From: Octopus vulgaris
Taxonomy: Eukaryota
Direction: 5' to 3'
DNA length: 64,000 bases
Assembly (NCBI GenBank): GCA_951406725.2
Contig: OX597819.1
Span: 10,850,001 to 10,914,000 of the forward strand
Shown: one piece after another, positions 52,022-63,801 of the stretch
Position numbering within the stretch: position 1 is the stretch's first letter
Layout: each line of letters opens with the position of its first letter
Notes under the pieces: generated by a model
What the model was told of the DNA's origin: nothing
Database searches by the model: none
The model's input: only the letters and a program-made list of their open reading frames with translations
Made by a program: the position numbers and the translations under genes

Positions 52022-53277
52022 CAGAGGTTGGACAAAATAATGGAAACACCTAGCATCATAGCATCATAATTTTGAAGTATCTATAAAAATGTCAAAAGCT
52101 TGTTTATTTTTATATTTTTTGATTTATCATTAGTGTTGCTTAATATGTTTTGCTAAAATTGCTGTTTCTTTTCAGATATCATCCAAAAAAGGTAATTAAA
52201 ATTCATTAAAATGACAGATCTAACAGACTTTCAAAGAAGTCAAATTGTTGGGACTCATATGGCAGGCCCTAGCATAATGTAAACAGCCGAAATGTTTGAT
52301 GTATCAAGAAGTACTGTCTCGAAAGTAATGACAGCCTTTGAGAAAGAGGGAAAACCCTCCTCATCGAAACAAAACTCTGGAAGAAAACCAAGACTTTCAG
52401 AAAGGGACCATCAGACTCTTACACGAATTGTGAGAAAGGATCACAAAATTACAACTCCCAAAATTACTGCAGAGCTTAATGACCACCTCAAAAACCCAGT
52501 TTCCACAAAAACTGTTCGCCAGGAGCCACACAAAGCTGGATTTCATGGAAGGGCTGCAACCAGAAAATAATTACTTTCAAAATCAAACGTTGCAAATTAT
52601 TTAGAGTGGAGTAAAAACCTACAGAATTGGTTCCTAGAGTAGTGGTAGAATGTTATATTCTTGGATGAGTTATCCTTTACCTTATTTCCAACCACCAGCC
52701 GAATATATGTGTAGAGACAGCCAAAAGAAGCATTTGACCCAGACTGCCTTCATCCAACTTTTAAAGATGGAGGATGATCTATAATGATATGGGTGGGGGG
52801 AGCCTATAGTTCCCCTACATCGCATAATTAATAGTCAATACTATTTAAGCATTTTATCTAATCAAATTCATCCTATGGTTGCGGAACTGTTTCCGGTGGA
52901 AAACGCTTTCTTTCAGGATGATAATGCACCAGTTCACACAGCTAAATTTGTTACTGAATGCCACGAGGAACATTCTAGTGAACTCGAACATCTTATCTGG
53001 CCACCACAGTCCCCAGATCTCAATATTATTGAACATTTATGGTGCATTTTAGAAAAACAAATAAGGAGTCGATATCCTCCACCATCATCACAACAAGAAC
53101 TGGAGACTGTTTTAGCTGAAGAATGGACAAATGTTCCTTTGGAAACAATTCAAACTTAGTACAAGTCCATACTTTGTAGAATTCAAGCTGTAATTACTGC
53201 CAAAGGCAGTCCTACCCCATATTAGAATAAATTTGTTTGAAATTTTAAGGTGTTTTCATTATTTTGTCCAACCCCTG
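52022..53277 (+). mobile_element. Full-length decayed Tc1-like transposon, DD36E spacing
   Basis: TA TSDs; about 30-bp TIRs (CAGAGGTTGGACAAAATAATGGAAACACCT); ATG at 52211 MTDLTDFQRSQIVG, GRKPRL, FLDELSF, QDDNAPVH-...-SPDLNIIE; internal stops. Confidence 0.93.
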
Positions 53278-53628
53278 TATGTAGTTAATAATATGTAAAA
53301 AAACATGTGTCTTCTCTTATCAGACATCTTGGCCGCTCCTGTGGAGGTAGGAAGTTCTTTTAGAATATTCCTCTTCTGATGGAGAGAGGATTCTTAATAC
53401 ACCATGACAACAGATATCAGCGATTAGTGGCTGCCACTCTCTACTATCCCACCTATAACACCTTGGGCTGCCCTGTATAGCCAGCTTGTATGGTCAACGA
53501 GCATATTCTCTTTCTGTCCATCTTGGTCTCTTTCTGTTTCCTTACCCTATGACATCCAGGGAATTTAGCTTTTTGTCTTCTTATTCTGATCTCCACCCAT
53601 GTAAGGACTTCGGTATTTGTTACTCTAA

Positions 53629-53858
53629 GGCGGCGAGCTGGCAGAAACGTTAGCACGCTGGGCAAAATACTTAGTGGTATTTTGTCTGCGTTACGTTGTG
53701 AGTTCAAATTCCGCCGAGGTCAACTTTGCCTTTCATCCTTTCGGGGTTGATAAATTAAGTACCAGTTACGCACTGGGGTCGATGTAATCGACTTAATACC
53801 TATGTCTGTCCTTGTTTGTCCCCTCTGTGTTTAGCCCCTTGTGGGTAATAAAGAAATA
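53629..53858 (+). mobile_element. SINE-B with 17-bp TSD
   Basis: GGTATTTGTTACTCTAA at 53612-53628 and 53859-53875. Confidence 0.9.
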
Positions 53859-53877
53859 GGTATTTGTTACTCTAAAT

Positions 53878-54153
53878 CAGTGGTTCTCAATGAGGGTCCA
53901 TAAATTGGGAATCCACAATAGTATTTTGCTTTAGATGTATGTATTCGTATATATTGCAAGAAACAACTAGTTTTCCTTCTCTAACATTTTACATAGCTCA
54001 ATCTACACAAGTTAATGTGTGATAAACAAAGTAGGAATTTTGAAGGAAGTATCTACAAAATTAGTTTTTAAACATTGAATGGCTCTAGGGATCCACCAGA
54101 CTAAAATAGTCAGCAAAGGAGATCTATAGATAAAAAATGGTTGAGAACCTCTG
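53878..54153. mobile_element. hAT/Buster-type MITE
   Basis: TIRs CAGTGGTTCTCAA / TTGAGAACCTCTG; 8-bp TSD CTCTAAAT/CTCTAAAG with central TA. Confidence 0.85.
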
Positions 54154-54177
54154 CTCTAAAGAATCACAATTCTATAG

Positions 54178-54430
54178 CATTCATCATCATCATTGTTCGA
54201 CCGTGGTTGAGACAATGGAATTTACCATGCTACGCCAGACTTCACGGTCCATCATGGCATTACGGAGGTCCTGTTGCTGGATGCCTGTATCCCTGGAGAT
54301 TACATCAGGGTAGGAGAGTGTGCACCCTCTGGTATTGCGAGTAGATGGCTTCCAGAGGAGAAGAGTAGAAATTACCTCTTTTTCAGCTCTACAACAATGT
54401 CCAGCAAACTGGACTCTCTTACCTATAGCA
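54178..54430 (-). pseudogene. RTE/RTEX-like LINE 3' end
   Basis: RVQFAGHCCRA...LLLWKP...SYPDVISRDTG...AMMDREVWR; (GAT)n tail. Confidence 0.75.
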
Positions 54431-56051
54431 TTAATAAGATTTTGCATTTGTTTGTTGATGTTTCAGGTCACTCAACCATATCAACAGTATAATGTCTACA
54501 CCACCCCCATGATTCTTTTCTCATTCTTACAGACAAGTGCTTATTTGAAAATATGTTTCACCTCACCTAAGCAGCCTTGGCCTGTCCAATCCTTGACTCA
54601 ATTTCCTTAATATTTTTCTCATCTGACATCATTATGATCGTTGAATATTTAAAACTAATGTCTTATTTAAAGGTTGTTTCGCTAATGTTTATGTTGCAAA
54701 ATGATGACAGTCTCTTTGAGCTTGGCAGTGACACCCCCCCCCCGCCACATCCACCCTGCCTCTCTCTCTCTCTAATGCATTTTAAGATCTTGAACTTTTT
54801 CAATTTCATCATTAATAGTACTGCAGCAAAATTGGGATTCAAACCGAACATATTTTAGTTGTCAGCCTGGAAAACACATATATCATGTTCTGAACATGTA
54901 ATGTATCCTGATTGTTAACCTATCAGCTTGCAGAAATATCATGCTACATCATGGAATATCATTGAATATCCTCGAAATTCTGTGCCAAGAATAGCAGCAG
55001 AGGTTTAAGAGACACCAGAGAACACACATCTTACCTTTTGTCACAAGCAGGTCAGATGAGCCAGAGGGTTAAGCCAGAGGTCTATGGAGAACACAGACCT
55101 CACCTCTTGTCAAGCAATGCCGAGTTTTCCTTGCTGAATCTAGCAGGAAATGGAAGGAATTCTTCTTCATATTTGTAAACTAACTCTTCCCAGCATCTTG
55201 AGCCTAATTATTACCATGTTTGATTCTAATCTTCAACATTCGCTATGAGCAGTTATTAGAAGTTTATATTCAATTAATCACCTAATAAAAATATACAACT
55301 ATGTTTGCTCATCAGCCGAAACAGTAACACACCAACGAACCTCCAAAATTGGCGATAAAACCCCTTTAACAATGTGATTTGTGTTGACGAATTAAGCTGG
55401 ATTGAGTTCCAATATATGTGTGTATGTAGATAAAGAAAATAAATGAGAAAACCAGAAGGATTAAATGCAATGATTTATTCAACCTGTTAAAGAGCATTAA
55501 CATGGCAAAGCTGTTGAGATACGTCTTGAATGTTACTGTCAGAGGGTATACATATGGTTTCACATGTGGGTGGTAATGATGTATGCAGTGTAGAACTGGA
55601 AATACATGACATGGCTTCTGCTGGAGGACAGGAACAGACGTATGTGTCTAAGGCTACCTGTGAAAATAAACTTCCTCTCTGCTGAGATCTGAACTCGACC
55701 ATGCAAACTCACCTCACTGACTAATAGTGGAAAGATCTCTCTTTTATATAGCTGATGGTGGGCTCCAGCGAAGACATAAATTTCCCACACTTGGCTGGTC
55801 TGTCATGTGATAGGATGTAAAGCCCACATAAAGTTACAATGGCTAGATCGAGGTATCACCCATCACACGACCAGGTAATTTGACCACTTGTAGAGAACAG
55901 TGTATGTGTCGATATGTGCTTATTTAAAGGTAAACAAGCAAACTGTGAACATATACTTGCCACAACTCTTTCCAAGAGTGACAGTACCGTGCTAACTTAT
56001 GTTGGTAGACTTTTAATGTTGCAATGAGGACTGTGTTGTATTGTTTAATGG

Positions 56052-56492
56052 ATCATCATCATCATCATCATCATCATCATTTAGCGTCCGCTTTCCATGC
56101 TAGCATGGGTTAGACGGTTCAACTGGGGTCTGTGAAGCCAGAAGGCTGCTTCAGGCCCAGTCTGATCTGGCAGTGTTTCTATGGCTGGATGCCCTTCCTA
56201 ACGCCAACCACTCCGTGAGTGTAGTGGGTGCTTTTAACGTGCCACCCACACAGGTGCCAGACGGAGCTGGCAAACGGCCACGGACGGATGGTGCTTTTTA
56301 TGTGCCACCGGCACAGGGGCTAGGCGAGGCTGGCAAACGGCCACGGACGGATGGTGCTTTTTACGTGCCACCGGCACGGAGGCCAGGCGAAGCTGGCAAA
56401 CGGCCACGGACGGATGGTGCTTTTTACGTGCCACTGGCATGGGGGCTAGGCGAGGCTGGCAACAGCCACGATTGGATGGTGCTTTTTACGTG
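56052..56492 (-). mobile_element. RTE 3' end with minisatellite units
   Basis: About 62-bp tandem units. Confidence 0.85.
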
Positions 56493-56715
56493 CCTTTGTG
56501 CTCCTATTTATATGCTATGTAGGTGTTCAATAAATTGTATACTTAATTCATTGTATAAAAAAAAACAACCAGTGATAATACACACCTCTGTCATATTGTT
56601 CTATTTTTATTTTCAATTCTGATTACTGCTGATTGTTGCGACTCCAGTTTAATCTCTATCTATTAATATAAACCATTTCTTTATGGCTTACCATATTAAA
56701 AACTTTTGTGTAATC

Positions 56716-56878
56716 GGCGCAGGAGTGGCTGTGTGGTAAGTAGCTTGCTAACCAACCACATGGTTCCAGGTTCAGTCCCACTGCGTGGCATCTTGGGCAA
56801 GTGTCTTCTGCTATAGCCCCGGGCCGACCAATGCCTTGTGAGTGGATTTGGTAGATGGAAACTGAAAGAAGCCTGTCG

Positions 56879-56920
<42 letters not shown>

Positions 56921-57150
56921 AGTGTGTGTATATGTTTGTGTGTCTGTGTTTGTCCCCCTAGCATTGCTTGACAACCGATGCTGGTGTGTTTATGTCCCGG
57001 TTACTTAGCGGTTCGGCAAAAGAGACTGATAGAATAAGTACTGGGCTTACAAAGAATAAGTCTCGGGGTTGATTTGCTCAACTAAAGGCGGTGCTCCAGC
57101 ATGGCCGCAGTCAAATGACTGAAACAAGTAAAAGAGTAAAAGAGTAAAAG
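56716..57150 (+). mobile_element. SINE-A
   Basis: Full-length copy. Confidence 0.9.
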
Positions 57151-57632
57151 AATCAATAAGTCAAAGAGACAGGCCATGTACATATATTGTTCTTTCAATG
57201 ATGCTTCTCTGAAACATCATGTAAAGGCTAAGTCAGTGTTAGTTTTTAGAATTCCGTCTTTCATTTGCATCTGTAATATTCTTTTATATTATACTCGTTT
57301 CAGTCACTGGACTACAGCCATACTGGGGCATCACTTTGAATGATTTAGTTGAACAAATTGACCTCAGTACTCAGTTTCTTTTAGGTCTGGTACTATTTCA
57401 ATTGGTCTCTTATGTCAAACCACGAAGTTATAGAGATGTAAAGCAGTAGGAAGACAAACGCAACAACACACACACACGCACACACAAACACGCTCACACA
57501 CACATGCACACACACACACATACACTCAAACACGCTCACACACACATGCTCACACACACACACATACACAAACACACACACACATAGAATTTCTATTTAT
57601 CAAATTCACTCACAAGCCTGGATGGCCTAGAG

Positions 57633-58167
57633 TAGGGATGGGGAAACACCTGCCAGCCAGCCACAATTGCACCTGCGAGACCATTTCATTGTGCCCACAG
57701 GAGGTTGATATACTTTTATGTACAAAATACAGTAAATTTTTCAATCATAAAATTTATACAATATTTGTATGCCTACTTGCGACATAGGTCGCGTTTCCAC
57801 TACAACTTAAAATTGTCAGACTCAAACAGAAATCGTCCGATAATTGCCATTTGAATGGAAATTTTGTTTTCACTATGAAACACATATTACTAGGTTTGTA
57901 CTACCTGCTTGAGATCCAACTACACTCTAGCTGAAAAATATAGAATACTTCATAAGTAATATAAACATCCTAAATTCAGCAGCAGCATTAATGAAGATGT
58001 TATGCATTAATTTAATGTATTAAACTTATCTTTATTAATGTATATCGAATTATATATAGATATATACAAGATCTACACAGATATAAGAGTTAGAACTTGG
58101 GATCCACCTGCAGACCTTTTTCTTAGGAAATTTTTGCCCACCGCATTAAAAAGTTTCTCCACCCCTG
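57633..58167. mobile_element. hAT-type MITE inserted in an old SINE-A (57290-57632)
   Basis: TIRs TAGGGATGGGGAAAC / GTTTCTCCACCCCTG; TSD GCCTAGAG/ACCTAGAG. Confidence 0.8.
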
Positions 58168-58183
58168 ACCTAGAGACTATAAT

Positions 58184-58408
58184 TCTCTTTACTCTTTTAC
58201 TCTTTTATTTGTTTCAGTCATTTGACTGTGGCCATGCTGGAGCACCGCCTTTTTAGTCGAGCAAATCGACCCCAGGACTTATTCTTTGTAAGCCTAGTAC
58301 TTATTCTATCGGTCTCTTTTGCTGAACCGCTAAGTTACGGGGACGTAAACACACCAGCATCGGTTGTCAAGCGATGTTGGGGGGACAAACACAGACACAC
58401 AAACATAT

Positions 58409-58441
<33 letters not shown>

Positions 58442-58620
58442 CATATATACGACGGGCTTCTTTCAGTTTCCGTCTACCAAATCCACTTCCACTCACAAGG
58501 CTTTGGTCGGCTCGAGGCTATAGTAGAAGACACTTGCCCAAGGTGCCACGCAGTGGGATCGAACCCGGAACCATGTGGTTCGTAAGTAAGCTACTTACCA
58601 CACAGTCACTCCTACGCCTA
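58184..58620 (-). mobile_element. SINE-A
   Basis: Full-length copy. Confidence 0.9.
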
Positions 58621-59195
58621 TAATGGGAGGAGTTCACCAATTTACCGAAGGTGCCATGCAGCAGGACTGAACTCGAAACTACCTGGTTGCAAAGAGAGCT
58701 TAGCATGATTAATGTACCGATTGCCTTACTCATGGCTAGTGTTTCTGCTATCAATGGGGATAATCACTCAATGTGATGTTCAAATTCTTCATACTCCAAC
58801 AATTTTTGGTTGTGGCTTTTGTTCTTCTGGAAGCAGGTTGTTTTCTCCAAATATTTATTCTCTATGCGTTTATTGCATCTAAAGTTTTGTAAACTGCAAG
58901 AAGGCAGGCTATGGGTCCTTTTCCTCAATGAGCCTTCAACATTGTCAGTGTTGTATTAAATGCCTCCACTATTGTCTTATGTGACTGTATCTATTATGTA
59001 CCTTTTGATGTATTATTACCGATATTCACACACACACATATACATGTATGTTTAAATATTCATGTGGTGAAAATTTAAAACTTAAATTGCACAAATGATC
59101 AGTATTTAGTACTTCATATCTATTCCCATTCATGCTAATATACTCATATCACTTGATATGAGACCAAAGTTTGGGTATGTTACAGAGTATATATT

Positions 59196-59316
59196 ACTCT
59201 TTACTCTTTTACTCTTTTACTTGTTTCAGTCATTTGACTGCGGCCATGCTGGAGCACCGCCTTTAATCGAGCAACTCAACCCCGGGTCTTATTCTTTTGT
59301 AAGCCCAGTACTTATT
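59196..59316 (-). mobile_element. SINE-A 3' fragment
   Basis: Tail only. Confidence 0.8.
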
Positions 59317-59792
59317 CACATCAAGTGTGAAAATACTTCCCACTGCAGTTTTACTAGCTTAAAATCAATAAAGCCATCAACCCTGACAGTGTTTCTTCTG
59401 TAAACCTCAGCCAATGTAATCAAGAGTTAATTTCTATCCTCCCCAAACAGTCAAATCTGGGCAGAGGTAAAGACAATGGACTGACCCCCTTTGGGATGTT
59501 TTTTTTTTTTTTTACAGGAACCCATTATATCGAGTGTGGAGATCCCGAATCTGCAAAAAATCTGCATTTCATAATTTAAATCCCGTCCCCACCCCTAAAT
59601 TTATTAAGTTTTCATTTAAAAAAAATTTTTGGGGGTGAAATATGTAGAAAAATACAGACATTATTATTCTGAAAAAAAAAAATCCTCTAAAACTTCAATT
59701 TTTCAAAAAGATAAATAAATAAAATAAACACCCCTCCCCTCTGCCCTATGATGTGTTTTTCTCTACTAATGTTTCATGACGAACATAACCCA

Positions 59793-59950
59793 ACATTATT
59801 CACATTATTTATAATTGACAGATATTTGTCCTCATCTTGTTTGTTGTTAACACGTTTTGACTGATATACCCTCCAGCTTTCATCGGGTGTCTTGGGGGAA
59901 ATTTCGAACCTGGGTTCTCATTCCTAAGGTATTTTTCGTTGTTGTTGTTG

Positions 59951-60019
<69 letters not shown>

Positions 60020-60201
60020 TCACTGGCTGGAATAGAACTCGGAATCTTGAAGATAGTAGCCCGTGCTCTTAACCACTACAGCACGGGAATATTCCCCAAG
60101 ACACCTGATGAAGGCTGGAGGGTATATCAACCGAAACATTGTGTTAACAACAAACAAGATAAGAACAAATATCCGTCGATTGTAAATAATGTAAATAATG
60201 T
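59793..60201. mobile_element. Fold-back element: tRNA-like head, (AAT)n and hammerhead body on minus, with an inverted hammerhead-bearing arm on plus
   Basis: Arms 59793-59900 and 60092-60201 are reverse complements; tRNA-like TGTAGTGGTTAAG...GAGTTCTATTCC on minus at 60018-60082. Confidence 0.7.
60100..60145 (+). ncRNA. Minimal hammerhead motif (Penelope-type)
   Basis: GACAC-CTGATGA-A-GGCTG...CAACC-GAAAC-ATT|GTGTT; a more degenerate inverted copy lies at 59849-59891. Confidence 0.6.
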
Positions 60202-60204
60202 ACA

Positions 60205-60566
60205 TGTGGCTGTGTGGTAAGTAGCTTGCTTACCAACCACATGGTTCCAGGTTCAGTCCCACTGCGTGGCATCTTGGGCAAGTGTCTTCTGCTATAGCCT
60301 CGGGCCGACCAATGCCTTGTGAGTGGATTTGGTAGACGGAAACTGAAAGAAGCCTGTCATATATATGTATATATATATATATATGTATGTGTGTGTATGT
60401 TTGTGTGTCTGTGTTTGTCCCCCCACCACTGCTTGACAACCGATGCTGGTGTGTTTACGTCCCCGTCACTTAGCGGTTCGGCAAAAGAGACCGATAGAAT
60501 AAGTACTCGACTAAAGGTGGTGCTCCAGCATGGCCGCAGTCAAATGACTGAAACAAGTAAAAGAGA
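60205..60566 (+). mobile_element. SINE-A
   Basis: Near full length; inserted at the end of the fold-back arm. Confidence 0.88.
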
Positions 60567-61248
60567 ATTCCTCATCTCTTAAATATAGAACTGTATAACC
60601 CAACATGTTGTGAACAGGTTCTTTTGGAATTGAGAGAGGTATGTAAAAATTAGATTTTTTGCTCACACACATGCAACAAAATGACACTAACGTAGAAAAA
60701 CACAACATATTGAAATAAAAAAATTAGAAATCCATATTTTTTCAATCAATAAGCATATACATTACAACAATATTTCTGAAATAAATTGTATACTTATCTT
60801 TTCGAAGATATTTAAAAACAAAAAACGTATTACTTGGCGTTTTTAAATTTACTTGTGAAAAAAGTACATATTATTATTATTAAATTCAACAGTACTAAAA
60901 AAATATAAACTTTTCTCTACCTATACTATAATATTTTACGTTACAAACTATTTCACAATGCAATCACACTTAATACTTTTAGATTTAAGTTCACATTTAA
61001 TAATTATAATAATAAGAATAATTAAATAAATGTGTGTATCTAATGTATTATTAACTAATAAAAACATTAGAAAACCATATTTTTTCAATCAATAAACATA
61101 TAAGTTACACCATTATTTCTTAAATAAATTGTATACTTATCTTTTCGAAGATATTTTATGTTTTTATTTCTTTAAGAAATATTGTTTAATTCTATTTGAT
61201 TATTTATTAAAAATGTGTATTTATTTAACTATTGTTGTTATTATTGTT

Positions 61249-61354
61249 GACCTGAGGAGTGACTATACTTTTAAAGTGAATTGTTTTTGGATCAATTAAA
61301 TTTAAATTTAATTGTAATTCGAATTGAAGATATAGCCATGAAACGTACATAGTC
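61249..61354 (+). ncRNA. Minimal hammerhead motif with long stem II
   Basis: GAC-CTGAGGA-GTGACTATA...TATAGCCAT-GAAAC-GTAC-ATA|GTC; one CpG-type change in stem III. Confidence 0.6.
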
Positions 61355-61574
61355 TATTTACTAATTATATACTGTTTATTATTATGTACTTTATTGTAAT
61401 CTAGGTAAATGTTTTATCATATATTTTATTTTTTCTATATGATATGATTTATGTCTATAATGGTGTTTTTTTTCTCTAATTTATATATATATATTTATAT
61501 TGTGAAATTTGATTTAATACTAAATTGAATTTTTCCCTGTAAGTTTGGAGTTATACTCCCTAATTTTATTATTT

Positions 61575-61674
<100 letters not shown>

Positions 61675-61849
61675 ATATATATAAATACATATTGAAAGCG
61701 ATAGAAAGGAACCTAATATGTACAGATACATAATGAAAGTAATTGAATTTGAAACCATGTAATAGTGAAAGTATTAATAGAGATGTTTTTGTATCGCTTT
61801 TGACATGTAATACGGAAACAGTATGAGAGATTAGAGATTGGATTAGGCT

Positions 61850-61981
61850 CGCATTAGGCATGGACACTAAGTAAGGTATGTGTAAAATTTGAATGAAATC
61901 CATTGGGTAGTACTTGAGTTTTAGTGGTGCACACATACATACAGACAGACACATTCTCACATTTTTATATATATATATAGA
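61850..61981 (-). mobile_element. Possible Helitron-like 5' remnant
   Basis: ...CATACAGACAGACAC...TTTTTATATATATATAGAT end resembles the Helitron termini in this window. Confidence 0.35.
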
Positions 61982-62173
61982 TGAAAGTAAATAGAAGTCA
62001 TTTGACTTCTATTTTGATTAATGACCATCAATTTCAAATTTTGGTAATTTCTATTAAAGCACACATACACACATACATATGCACACACATGCACACATAC
62101 ATGCACACACACACACACACATTGCCACTCTCAATACTTCGTTATTTAGTTCCTCTGGTAGTCATTTGACAGG

Positions 62174-62589
62174 CTCTCTTTACTCTTTATTCTTTTACTT
62201 GTTTCAGTCATTTGACTGCGGCCATGCTGGAGCACCACCTTTAGTCGAGCTAATCGACCTCGGTACTTATTCTTTGTTAGCCCAGTACTTATTTTATCGG
62301 TCTCTTTTGCCAAACCGCTAAGTGACGGGGACGTAATCACACCAGCATTGGTTGTCAAGCAATGCTAGGGAGACAAATACAGACACACAAACACACACAC
62401 ACATACATATATATATACATATATACGACAGGCTTCTTTCAGTTTCCGTCTACCAAATCTACTCACAAGGCATTGGGCGGCCCGAAGCTATAGCAGAAGA
62501 CACTTGCCCAAGATGCCACGCAGTGGGACTGAACCCAGAACCATGTGGTTGGTTAGCAAGCTACTTACCACACAGCCACTCCTGTGCCT
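62174..62589 (-). mobile_element. SINE-A
   Basis: Full-length copy. Confidence 0.9.
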
Positions 62590-63231
62590 GGTCATATTAA
62601 GTTAATGATATCCTAAATCTTAATTTTTAATTTACTGTCTTAATTATAAAATTATCTCTTGCATAACATCACTCCACAGATATAACCAGTTTTTCATCCT
62701 TTCAACTTTGGAATATGACTTTTACTCTTTTACTCATTTCAGCCATGTGGCTGTAGTCATGCTGAAGCACCACCATGGAAACTTGTTCAAATTTTTGTCT
62801 ATTAAATCTAATTTTTTTCTGTCTTCCTTTCTTTTTTTTATATTTTTCACCATCATCAGCTTACAAATTTGTTGTTATTTTTATTTTCATGAATTGTCCA
62901 CAAAATAATTTCCCTGGTGATAGTGATTCACTGTTACCAGTGCTATTCTTCAACTTTATTTTTCAGTTTGTCTGTGGTCACCAGTTTTCAGCTATCACTA
63001 TAGGATATTACTATAAGTTCCTGTTTGTAAACAGGTGGATTTAAAAACAAATCGGAAAAATGTTGAAACAATAAAAATAAATTCAGGGATGTCACCAATA
63101 ACACATTGTAGCTGTAATCCAAAATACCTTCTTCCCTCACAAAATGATTTGAACCATTACATCTGTAGATGCCAGTTTTATTAACAAAAGAAAAAGTAGA
63201 ATTATTTTTACATGGTTAGTTGAAGTTAGTG

Positions 63232-63568
63232 AAGGCGCGTAGCTCAGTGGTTAGAGCATCGACCTTACGATCGTGAGGTTGTGAGCTCGAATCCCGGACG
63301 AGGTTGTGCGTTGTGTTCTTGAGCAAGACACTTTATTTCACGTTGCTCCAGTTCACTCAGCTGTAGAAATGAGTTGCGACATCACAGGTGCCAAGCTGTA
63401 TTGGCCCTTGTCTTTCCCTTGGACAACATCGGTGACGTGGAGAAGGGAGGCCGGTATGCATGGGCAACTGCTGGTCTTTCATAAAACGACCTTGCCCAGA
63501 CTTGTGCCTCAAAGGGTAACTCTCTAGGTGCAAACCCATGGTCAGTGTCTGACCGAAGGGGGTCACCA
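63232..63568 (+). mobile_element. tRNA-derived SINE (third family)
   Basis: TAGCTCAGTGGTTAGAGC A box, GCTCGAATCCC B box, TTCTTGAGCAAGACACTT CORE-like domain; AGTTGAAGTT on both flanks (possible TSD). Confidence 0.8.
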
Positions 63569-63801
63569 GTTGAAGTTTAGAGGGATCCATGAAATACAAT
63601 GCATTCTTCTGAATCATTTATGGTGCTTCTTAATTTCTAGGGGCCCATGAAAGCGAAACATAATTTTGAAGAAAGTAATTTTATAGAAACAAAATCTTTA
63701 ATCTGTAATCCTTGATTTACTTTTAATTGCTTGAACTCTTTTCTGTTAACATTTGATTTATTTTTGGCTGCAGGCCTACTTATCTGTCCTAGATATAATT
63801 G

